NCBI GenBank assembly: GCA_964016885.1
Contig: OZ024740.1
Span: 6,634,001 to 6,698,000 of the forward strand
Source of the DNA: Eledone cirrhosa
Lineage: Eukaryota
DNA length: 64,000 bases
Direction: 5' to 3'
A model generated the notes under the pieces. That model worked only from the letters and a program-made list of their open reading frames with translations. It was not told where the DNA came from and did no database searches. The position numbers and the translations under genes are program-made. Below are positions 40,224 through 52,953 of this stretch, piece after piece. How positions within the stretch are numbered: the first letter of the stretch is position 1; each line of letters opens with the position of its first letter.

Positions 40224-41005
40224 ATGAAGAATAAAAAATAAATAAAAATAAACTAGGTGGGACGGAAATAAAGGGACCCTTATACGAGGTATAAGTGCGT
40301 GTATCGTACGGTGACGGGTCAACATAGGGGGGGGGGGGGCCAAAATACTAAAGCGACTACCACGAAATAATAAAGGTTTCTACCCCAATCACAGGGCCAG
40401 CAACCACCCAGAGCAAGAAAGTAAACTAGTACGAGAATATAATTCAGGGTCCCGTTAAAAAAAAAAAAAAAAAAAAATACTAGTGCTAACTCTAAGGGTA
40501 CCGCCACGAAACAGAAAGTCTTATACAAGCTACATGAAAGATCGTACGAAGTAAAAGTAAAGAACGGAAAATTAATACAGAACCCCCCCCCCCCCCCCAA
40601 AAAAAAATAAAAGGGAAAAAGAGGAAAGAAATACTGGATAAATGAGAAATTAAAGCAAAGATGCCACTAAAAATATAGAAGGCACGGAAAAAAGGGACAG
40701 CGGTCGGAGAAGGGGCAAGTATCCGAAGTCTAACACCTCTGCTATAAAAAGCGGAGTCAGCCAAATCTATCATAGAATAGGGGAGGGGGTGGGGGTGCTG
40801 AAGCTACAAGGGACCGATGGGCTACCTCGGGTGGGCGAGAAAAAGACGACGACAAAGAAAAGGAGCTGGGGTAGAAGGACTAGGGAGGGATGGGGGGAAG
40901 GAGGAAATATAGAGGAAGCGATAAAAAATGTAAAAGAAGATCTTACGTCTCCCTTGGCAAGCAGAGGTTACCCCTTACAAAATAGGCAAGTTGGGTGTTA
41001 TAGCC

Positions 41006-41343
41006 CTAGTCTATCCCCCCCCCCGGATCATTATGGGGTTTGAGGGCGAGGTAAGTCCTACGTAATCGGTGTTTACATGCAGTAACCAGTTCATCTTTCT
41101 TGTTTAGGAGTTGGTCCGTCGAAAACAGCATTTGTAATGTTTCCTCCGAGCATAAATTGCACGGACGGCGTCCTCCCGTGTAAGAGTTGGTTCTGGACAG
41201 TAATTTCCAAGTGAGATCATAGTTGATGTTGTTGTCCTTCAGGTCCCATATGTGGCCCGAAAGTGTAGTGGCGTGACGCCGGGCCGGGTTTCGGAAGGTA
41301 TGTCTGTGTTGGTATAGCCGGGTCTTGAAGTCACATGCGGAAG
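41006..41343 (-). pseudogene. C-terminal GIY-YIG fragment of PLE family B
   Basis: FKTRLYQH...TTLSGHIW...CNLCSEE...LNKKDE...CKH is homologous to, but distinct from, the family A endonuclease. The YIG motif (YIGLTACDFK) is on the opposite arm at ~41352. Confidence 0.88.
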
Positions 41344-41350
41344 TCACAGC

Positions 41351-42222
41351 TTATATAGGATTAACCGCATGTGACTTCAAGACCCGGCTATACCAACACA
41401 GACATACCTTCCGAAACCCGGCCCGGCGGGGGGGGGGCGGGTAGACTAGGGCTATAACACCCCACTTGCCTATTTTGTAAGGGGTAACCTCTGCTTGCCA
41501 ATGGAGACGTAAGATCTTCTTTTACATTTTTTATCGCTTCCTCTATATTTCCTCCTTCCCCCCATCCCTCTATAGTCCTTCTACCCCAGTTCCCTTTCTT
41601 TGTCGTCGTCTTTTTTTCGCCCACCCGAGGTAGCCCCGAGGTCCCTTGTAGCTTCAGCACCCCCACCCCCTCCCCTATTCTATGATAGATTTGGCTGACT
41701 CCGCTTTTTATAGCAGGTGTTAGACTTCGGATACTTGCCCCTTCTCCGACCGCTGTCCCTTTTTTCCGTGCCTTCTATATTTTTAGTGGCATCTTTGCTT
41801 TAATTTCTCGTTTATCCAGTATTTTTTTCCTCTTTTTTTTTCGGGGGGGGGGGGGGGGGTGTTCCTGTATTAATTCTCCGTTCTTTACTTTTACTTCGTA
41901 CGATCTTTCATGTAGCTTGTATAAGACTTTCTGTTTCGTGGCGGTACCCTTAGAGTTAGCACTAGTATTTTTTTTTTTTTTTTTTTTAACGGGACCCTGA
42001 ATTATATTCTCGTACTAGTTTACTTTCTTGCTCTGGGTGGTTGCTGGCCCTGTGATTGGGGTAGAAACCTTTATTATTTCGTGGTAGTCGCTTTAGTATT
42101 TTGGCCCCCCCCCCCCCTATGTTGACCCGTCACCGTACGATACACGCACTTATACCTCGTATAAGGGTCCCTTTATTTCCGTCCCACCTAGTTTATTTTT
42201 ATTTATTTTTTATTCTTCATTA

Positions 42223-42253
<31 letters not shown>

Positions 42254-42757
42254 TTTTTAAATTTATTTATCTATTCTTGTATTCACTTATTTGTTTATTT
42301 ATTTATTTATGTATTATTTTAGCCCAGCAATAGCGAGAGACTTAAGTCTTAGTAACCAGACTTTGCTTATTTTTTTCTCTCTCAGTACTTTTTATAGTTT
42401 TACCCTTCTTTGTTTTACTTACTGTTTCGACTTCCTCCCCCTCCCCCTCCCCAGTATCTTCTTTGACCTCTCACCCAGCTGTAGCCGGCACTACCAACGC
42501 ATGAATGGGTCTACTCCACCACTCTCCTTTTTTCTCCTACCGGCAGGTTCAGCTACCCCTTCCCCCACCAATTTGACATCACAGATTTACTACTAACTTG
42601 TGATGTGACCAATCCTGGTGATTATCTCTTTGACCATATATGGAATTATCCCTTGATAAGCTCGGCTATTTAAATACCTGAATAAATTTTCATTCAGTCC
42701 AGAATTAGCCGTCGAAACGGCTTGAGCTCAGCCGTCGGGGTCTTACTTGTTCCTATA
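41351..42757 (+). mobile_element. PLE family B right arm (inverted copy with an internal deletion near 41428)
   Basis: Inverted match to 40224-41338 and 37150-37700. Ends TTCCTATA followed by (TA)n. Confidence 0.88.
42648..42741 (+). ncRNA. Type I hammerhead ribozyme, U3-A8 core variant (copy 2)
   Basis: ATCCC-TTGATAA(42653-59)...GAAA(42714-17)-CGGCT..AGCCG-TC-GGGGT. Predicted cleavage after C42736. Confidence 0.85.
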
Positions 42758-42894
42758 GATATATATATATATATATGTATATATATGTCATCATCATCAT
42801 GATTATCACCGTTTTACATCCGTTTTTCCACGCCAGCATGGGTTAGACGGGTTGTCCTGTTGTGGGCAGTTGCCGGTTGGCTGACCATGTCTTG

Positions 42895-43014
<120 letters not shown>

Positions 43015-43017
43015 TGA

Positions 43018-43105
43018 ATTTACAATCTTGAGGTTGTGAGTTCGGTTCCTGGACCGGGTGATGTGTTATGTCCTTGAGCAAGACACTTTATTTCACGTTG
43101 CTCCT
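43018..43105 (+). mobile_element. SINE fragment (B box plus CORE-like segment)
   Basis: GAGTTCGGTTCC followed by GTCCTTGAGCAAGACACTT. Confidence 0.55.
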
Positions 43106-43306
43106 TCTACCTGGAGTTGCGACCGATAGATAGTACTAGCAACTGGAAAGGCCGACGAAAACATTGTTTCCTTGGTCTGATTTGACAAGAGTCGATCGAT
43201 CCTTTATTTATATATGTATGTAAAAGGTAAACAGAAATAACAACACAATCGGCACAGTATATGGAAGGGATATATTAGGTTAACGCTTGATATAGCAGGA
43301 AGAGGG

Positions 43307-43342
43307 TCTTAGCGTTTCGGACGCTAGTCCTTCATCAGTAGA
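43307..43342 (-). ncRNA. Minimal hammerhead-like motif in a short fragment between (TA)n tracts
   Basis: Minus strand reads TCTA-CTGATGA-A-GGAC-TAGC-GTCC-GAAA-CGC-TA-AGA. Stem II is perfect, stems I and III are weak. Confidence 0.55.
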
Positions 43343-43346
43343 AAGA

Positions 43347-43378
<32 letters not shown>

Positions 43379-44215
43379 TTATAATTTAGATGTGAATTTG
43401 CACATGTAAGCTTGCATATCTGATGAGATGTCGAAAAAGAGTAGGGCCCGTCACCTTGATTGTACCCAGAGCAAAACAATTGTAATACACAAATAAAGTT
43501 TGTATGTATGCTGCAACACTGACTTCGACTCTTCGACTCTTAGATATATATATATATTTTATTCATTTTATTAAGGCTAAATAGTGAGTCTTATAACTCT
43601 AGAGCAAAGGTTCTCAACCCATTTCGGCCAAACGCCCCCTTTTTCCCCTCGAAATCACGAAACGCCCCCTACCCTATTTTTCCATTTTTCAATATACTAC
43701 TGATTTTGATATCAGTAGATTACTAAAAAATTGATTAACGATATTCCAAAGATACCATTGCAGGCAGCTGAGAGTATAAATACATTCCTTGAAAGGAAGT
43801 ATATAAATTTAAAAAAAAGGAACATAAATGTTCTTTTTTATGAATAAGGACCAGTTGAATTTGTTATATTCCCACCTGGCGATACTAGCTATTTTGAACA
43901 TTTATACAAGAGCAACTCTGTCTATCCAAAGAGTGCTCTTATCTGGAAGAAAGTGGCAATTATATCATTTCAAAGCTTTCCAATTTTCCCTTTAATGAAA
44001 TGGACAGAATAAATGTTGATATCTAACTTGATGTCCCCTCCACTTTGTGAGCTTAGAGACCACGGAAGAGGGTTTTCATGACTACGTAAGAGGGTATATT
44101 CATTAGTAAATGGTAAAATATATACAACAAATGAGTAAGTGAATTGGGGTAGATGGTTTCCAGTCCAGTCAGATTGCAACTACAAATAAAAAAATCGACT
44201 TACTTTGATCTCGTA

Positions 44216-45899
44216 TCAATGGGACCCTTGAGCTTCATGGAGTTTAGCTAACTCTTTGACGTCAGGCTGGATTTTCGTGAGCTGTAGCCGGAGATCTCCA
44301 CGTGCAATCACATTGTAGCGGTTGCGAGCCTTACTGTGCAGTCTGGAAACAGTGCCAAACCCCCTCTCGACTAAGTATGAGATAGGAAAAGGCAAAGCAA
44401 ATCTCTTAGCCTCTGTATGAAGGAGTGGAAATCGACGCTGAATTTCCTCTTGCATCCAAAAAAGGGGTTCACCTATTTTGGAAAATTTAATTTTCATAAT
44501 GTCATCTGTCTAAAGTTCAATTAATTCTTCCTGAAATTTAACGTCCAAATCGTCGACGTTAGCTATGAAGGGATCTGCTACCCACATTGGGATGTCCATC
44601 TGCAAAAGGTCGACAAACCGTACTCTCATGTTGGCTTGTAGTGCACGGAGGTGCGCGGTATAAATTTGAAGTTGGTCATCGCTCACAATGTTTTGAACAT
44701 TGGCGACACTAGGAAAATTATAGAATTCCCGTCGACAAAGATTCCTTTCGATGACTTTCAATTTGGCCAGGAATATTTTCACAGCATTCCTTGCTTTAAA
44801 CAAGGTGATCTTCTCCCCCTGCAAAGCCATAATGAGGCTATTCCATTTGTCGAAGATGTCGGCGAGGTAGGCGCAGTCTTCCCTCACATCGAGGTTTTTT
44901 ATATACAGTTCTGTGTTGCGTCCTCGAAGAAACTCAATGATAGAGTCGAACAGTTCAAAGAAGCGAGTAAAGCACTTGCCCTTTGAAAGCCACTTCACTT
45001 CAGTATGAAGGAGCAACTCTACGAATTCTTCGTCCTTATCTTCGCACAGTTGCCGGAAAATTCGTTCATTGAGGGCATAGCGTTTAATATAATTGATGAC
45101 ACCAATGGCTACCTGCAAAGACTTGCTCAGCGGCTCGCTGAGTTTCTTCGCAGCCAAGTGTTGTCGATGAATCACACAATCAACAGCAAATACAGATGGA
45201 TTTTCTCTCTTCAGAAGAGAGATGAAACCCTTATGTTGGCCGACCATTGCTCTTGCGCCGTCTGTAGCACATGATACAATATTGAGGTATCTCTTTCGCT
45301 TCGAGGTATCCCTTGACAGATTCAAAGATGGTGGCACCTTTAGTATCTGTGGCTAGATTCAGAGTGAATAGAAGCTCCTCGTGCATTTCGTTTTGGTGGA
45401 AAAATCGCACGTATCCCAGTAGTAAGGACTGATTCCCGGAAAGTGTGCTTTCATCAAGTTGCAAAGCAAATTGTGTTGATTTCAAGATGTTGCATAATTG
45501 TTGTTCAACATTTTCCGCCATTTCGTCGATGCGTCTCTTTATTGAGTTGTTACTCAACGGAATACATTTCAAGGTCTTTAACGGGTTCTGACGTAGTACT
45601 GTTGAAAGAACTTCTGAGATGACAGGAGCTACCAATGTTTCACCCAAGGAATGGGGCTTGCCACACTTTGAGATTATGTTGGCAATATTGTAAGATGCGA
45701 CAAGTCCATCAACATTTGAAGCTTCAACTTTTGAAAAGGCAGAAGAAATTAGTGTTGTTTTCTGAAATTGGTCCCTAAGAGACTGAAAGTATGCTAAATC
45801 TTTATATCTCTTATCGGGGTGCCTCACCTCCAGGTTTCTACTCAAACGCGATGGCTTCATCACCTCATTCGAAAAGGACTCCTTGCAAATTAAACACAT
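44216..45899 (-). pseudogene. Buster-type hAT transposase in three disrupted pieces
   Basis: CLIC..MKPSRL (BED remnant), FALQLDEST, CATDGARAM, CVIHRQHL, HTEVKWLSKG, FPISYLVERGF, and C-terminal AQGSH. Confidence 0.93.
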
Positions 45900-46134
45900 A
45901 GGTGTTAACCAAGTCGAGACAAGTTATATATGAAGATTAACCAGTCTTTCATGTAGGAATAGTAATAAATTAGCTTGAGGGAATTAAGGTGGCAGACTCA
46001 ATAAAGGATCAATGAAGAGAAAACGGGGTCAAGCAAACCGAATGTTAGTAAGAATGAGCTGAAGTATCGAGGTCAAGTCGAACACGGCATGAACGGGTTA
46101 GTGAATTCAATTCATGAATAATGTTGCTCTTTTC

Positions 46135-48165
<2,031 letters not shown>

Positions 48166-48194
48166 CTCTTTTCAACAACGCCAAATAACAACGC

Positions 48195-48226
<32 letters not shown>

Positions 48227-48310
48227 AATGAAGAGAGAAAGAGGGAGGGACAGAGAGAGTAAGAAATGTGTGTGTGTTCGGTACACATCTATCTATCTAT
48301 CTATCTCCAG

Positions 48311-48706
48311 CAGGGGGCTCAAACATGCGGCCCTCGAACTACTTTTCTCTAGCCCGTGGTAGAACCAATATTTCATATTGCATTATAACTGGTGAAAATA
48401 AGGCGGTGAGCTGGTGGAATCGTTAGCACATCTGGCGAAATGCTTAACGGTACTTCTTCCGTTTTTACGTTCTGAGTTCAAATTCCGCCGATCTCAACTT
48501 TGCCTTACATCCTTTTGGGGTCTATGAATTAAGTACCAGTTGTGTACTAAGATCGACTGAACCCTAAACCCAAAATTTCATGCCTTGTTCCTATAGTAGA
48601 AATAATTATAACTGGTGAAAATCTTCACCCACCACCAGGTTTGGCCCACTGTGCCTCTCCTCCAGGACGTAATGGCCCTTTTGTGTCCTTGAGTTTGAAA
48701 TCCCTC
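48311..48706. mobile_element. Old hAT-like MITE interrupted by a SINE
   Basis: Imperfect TIRs CAGGGGGCTCAAAC..GCGGCCC / GAGTTTGAAATCCCTC. The TSD is degenerate. Confidence 0.55.
48400..48604 (+). mobile_element. tRNA-derived SINE with an 18-bp TSD
   Basis: B box GAGTTCAAATTC and family body. TSD ATTATAACTGGTGAAAAT at 48382-48399 and 48605-48622. Confidence 0.9.
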
Positions 48707-48749
48707 TTCTACACACACACACACACACATATATATATTTTACTTTCTG

Positions 48750-48975
48750 GACTACGCTCATGCTGGAGCATCATCTTGGTAAGTTATGGGGACGTCAACA
48801 AACCAACAAGCATTGGTGGGAGGGCAAACACAAACGCAAAGACATATATACATATATACAACGGGCTTCTTTTAGTTTCGGTCTATAAAATCCACTCACA
48901 GGGCTTTGGTCGGCCCGGGCAGTGGGACTGAACCCGGGAATATGTGGTTGGGAAACAAGCTTCTTGTCACACTGC
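48750..48975 (-). mobile_element. Decayed SINE of a second family
   Basis: B-box-like GGGTTCAGTCCCACTGC on the minus strand. The body resembles a common octopus SINE (recall only). Confidence 0.5.
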
Positions 48976-49008
<33 letters not shown>

Positions 49009-49895
49009 AAAAAGTAAGACCCCGGCGGCAGATCTCAAGCCGTTTTGACGACTATTTCTGAGTTCAGAAATATGACTTATAAAACTTACCAAACTAAAGG
49101 AGCTTCTAGCGCCCCCAAAGTTTAAAACGCCCCCCCCCCCAACGCCTCCTTACTGCATAACGCCTCCCTGGAGCTACGAAACGCCTCCCAGGGGAGCATA
49201 TGCCCCTCGTTGAGAACCTTTGCTCTAGAGTTTCCCCTGTGATAAACAGGGGAAACTTCAGAGTGACAAGAGTCACTATTTAGCCATAAAAATTGAATAT
49301 TAAAACTCTTCTTTGATTCTGAGTACTTTTTTATCTCAGTTGTTAACAAATATATATCATCATCATCATTGTTTTAACATCTGCTTTACCTGCTAACATG
49401 GGTTGAACCTGTTTGTATATCTGGTCCCCTGTGGCTAATAAACAGTTTATCAGGGATTTACCACAACATTTGATATTCATGTCTTAACAGTTGAAATTAC
49501 TTAAAACTGAATATTTTGTATCAATTTTCGTGCAATAACTTCTCATTATTGACTGAGCTTAAATGAAAATCTGGTCATTTAGAAATATCTTTCTCGTGAT
49601 ATGGAAATGGTTCCTTCCAGAGGGAGACCATAAACTAGAATTTTGAGATAGTTGATGTTGGATGCAGTTAAATATTTGATGTATAGTGCCTGACATGACT
49701 GTGTGGTTAAAAAGTATACTTCATAGCCATGTCATTTGATGTCACTACATGGTATACTGAGTACAGTATATACTTGGACATATGTCGAGAAATATATGAC
49801 ACAAATATTGATGGTAAGATGGATGTCGGCTTATAAGGGAGAGAGCAACTCACAAAATACCCCATCAAGCCAACAAATTCTACTACATTATCAAT

Positions 49896-50110
49896 GTTTC
49901 TCCTGTAGACACAAGACCAGCAATTTGAAGGGGAGGGGAAAGTCGATTAAATCGACCCAGTACATTACTGGTACTTTATTTTATCAACCCCGTAAGGATG
50001 AAAGGCAAAACTAACCTCGGTGGGATTAGAACCCAGAACGTAAAGGGCTGTAACTCTGTGCTACCAAGTATGTTGTCCGACGCTCTATCGATACTGCTAA
50101 TCCATCGCCT
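49896..50110 (-). mobile_element. tRNA-derived SINE
   Basis: Reverse complement of the 51907 family with A and B boxes. Confidence 0.9.
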
Positions 50111-51906
50111 TCTACACTATAATGAACAACTGACTAACTTTCATCTTGTCAACACATTAACTAAATAACTAATCCAAACTACATCTCGTCATAACAATCA
50201 TCTTAATTGCCATTCCATAAACTCGTATATAAGCTGAGAAGTCCGTGACAAAATATCAATTGTAAAATGGGGTCAACTTATATTCAAGGTCAATAATAAA
50301 CCGATTTTCACCAACTTTAAATTCTACAAGCTGAAATATGTTAAGTCATTATGGGGCAATGTTTTCCTCATTTACTACAGTGTTCGCCTCCTTCCTTGTG
50401 GTTAAAAATGAGTCACTAACAACATTTTGATTAACCCCTTCATGGCCACATTTCTAATGAAATACACTCTATTTAAATTGATTAATGAAGAATTTTGAGG
50501 GATTTATTAAAAGTATTTATTATTTCATTACTAAGATAGTAAAGTTCTTATATATAATTATGTTGGAAGATTTTAATTTAAATTGAAAACCTTTAAAATT
50601 GGTGATTTTATTTCATAGAACCAGAACTGGTTTGGCTGGGTTGACAACAAAAGGTTTAACTTGATTCTGAAAGATATTTGGAGAAAGTGCAAGAAAGCAA
50701 GATGATAATTGGAATCACATAATCTCAAAAGGAACTTCTTAACTACATAGTCATGCCTAAGAGAAGACTCTTGCAAAATGTGCCATAAAGTGGTATTAAA
50801 TTTAGCACTACATAATTTGTAAATTGATCTTCTTCTCCTTGTGGCTATGACCATCCATAATTGATGACACGTTGGTTAATTTTGAGTATTACACCCATTT
50901 CATTTGGAGATGAAATTTGTTTTATTTATATTTTTGGAGTGTTTTGAATGAATCTGACCTTGAAAACCACTGGAAATGATCCATTGTTTTAGTTAACCCT
51001 TCCTCTGTCAGTCTAGAGGCATCCTTATGGAAACCAACAGTTCTTGAATGGGTGGAGGACTGCAGAAATTGAGTAATTTCTGATAGTTTCTAAAATCAGA
51101 CTTATTTAAAATATTAAAAACCACAGGAAAAACACAAATTTCACCTCCAAAAGGATCTGGGTGTAATAGTATAATTTTATTGACACTTGCCTCAAATGAA
51201 ACACAACAGGATTGAATCTGGAACGATGTAATTTGTGAAGTGAATTTAATAATCACATGAATAAGTTTAGCTAGAAATTAGGCTTACAGATGAAAAACAA
51301 TGACACCACAAAGTTAGTTAGTTACAAGGAAATGTTTAGAATTCTGAGACAGGAAAGCCTGAATTAATAATATTTCTGCATTTTCACCCGTATAATTTTC
51401 ACCTGTATAATTTTCACCTGTATAATTGTGGCGATAATTAGATTTATTCCTAGAGGAATAGAAGGAAGAGGAGGAACACAAAAACAGCAACAAAGGCCGA
51501 CAAAATAAAGTGAAACAGAATTAGCAAAAACAAATTAGATTTTTTTTTTACGCCTGAATATGACATCTAACCATAGAGATCATGCAAGAAAAGAGCAATG
51601 AGGGTTCTTTATTCATATAAACAACCCCTTCAGTGATGCTACTATGATAAAATGCACCCAATATATGCTGTAAATTGGTGCAAAGAAGGAATCTAGTAAA
51701 AGAGGTGATGACAAAATGGAATGTGTCTCAATAAGATGTGGTCCTCTGATCCTTCTTTGAATACAATAGCTTCAATTTGTGCATCTTGTGCCAACTTCTT
51801 TAACCCTTTCGCATTTACATTACTCTCTATATACTATTATATTTTCATGGCAAAGGCTTTAATTCACATAATATCAAATAAATATACACTCCGGCAACAA
51901 AGCATT

Positions 51907-52953
51907 GGTGGTGGATTGGCAGTATCGGTAGAGGGTCGAACGCCATGCTTTGACACAAAGAGTTACAGCCCTTGCCATTCTGAGTTCAAATCTCACCGAG
52001 GTTAACTTTGCCTTTCATCCCTACGGGGTCGATAAAATAAAGTACCAGTAATGAACTGGGTAATTGCTGGCCTTGTGCCAAAAATAGAAACAATTATTAT
52101 TACTGTTATGGACGGTGGATTGGCAGTAATCAGTAGAACGTCAGACAACATTCTTGGCAGCATAGAGTTATGGCCATTTATCTTCTGAGTCCTAATCCTG
52201 CTGAGGTTAGCTTTGCCTTTCATCCTTTTGGGGTCGAAAAAATAAAGTACCAGTAATGTACTGAGGTTGATTTATTGGACTTTCCCCTCCCACAAAATTG
52301 CTGGCCTTGTGCCTAAATCAGAAGTTATTATTATTATTATTAGCGGCCCTTGTGGCTAATAAATGGCTTTCTCCACAAATGTCCCTCCGAAGTCTCCCCC
52401 CTATTGGGGAATTTTTCATTGTTATTTTTTTGTTACATCCTCTGTTTTTGTTTTTTACACGCAGAAATGCCCATTTGTACGGTCCTCCTGTATTGTCCTG
52501 CACTGTCCTTAATGTCTACTTTATGTAAACCCTTGTGGTTAATAAAAAAATCATTATTATTATGATGGATTGGCAGTATCGGTAGAGGGTCGGACGCCAT
52601 GCCTGACGCATAGAGTTACGGCCCTTGCCATTCTGAGTTCAAATCCCGCCGAGGTTAACTTTGCCTTTCATCCTTATGAGATCGATAAAATAAAGTACCA
52701 GTAATGCACTGGGTAATTGTGGCCTTGTGCCAAAAGTAGAAACAATTATTATTATTATTGTTCTTTGAGTCTCAGTCAGTGTCGGTAGAGGGTTGGACGC
52801 TATGCTTTCTAGCATAGTTACGTCCCTTTACAGTCTGAGTTCAAATCCCGCCGAGGTTAACTTTGCCTTTCATCCTTACGGGGTCGATAAAATAAAGTAC
52901 CAGTAATGTACTGGGTAATTGCTGGCCTTGTGCCTAAAGTAGAAACAGTTATT
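51907..52953 (+). mobile_element. Head-to-tail array of four SINE copies (~51907, 52110, 52564, 52775) with (TTA)n tails
   Basis: Repeated TGGCAGTATCGGTAGAG...GAGTTCAAATC...GCCTTTCATCC...AAGTACCAG...AGAAACAATTATT. Confidence 0.92.
52342..52560 (+). mobile_element. 5'-truncated 3' UTR copy of the Tx1-like LINE
   Basis: Close match to ~61230-61440 and flanked by (TTA)n on both sides. Confidence 0.88.

Larger units (their letters stand above)
37071..41343 (-). mobile_element. Penelope-like element family B, left arm (37071-37700 plus 40224-41343), split by a nested insertion
   Basis: Reverse complement of 41366-42757. Carries a GIY-YIG C-terminus and a terminal hammerhead. Confidence 0.85.

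Noticed and set aside
49780-51830. Possible Tc/pogo- or piggyBac-like ends (ACTCGTATATAAGC, TTAACCCT) and short ORFs
   Set aside because: I could not identify paired TIRs, TSDs or protein motifs.
51907-52010. True tRNA genes at A/B-box motifs
   Set aside because: Box spacing is extended, no cloverleaf is evident, and each continues into the same SINE body.
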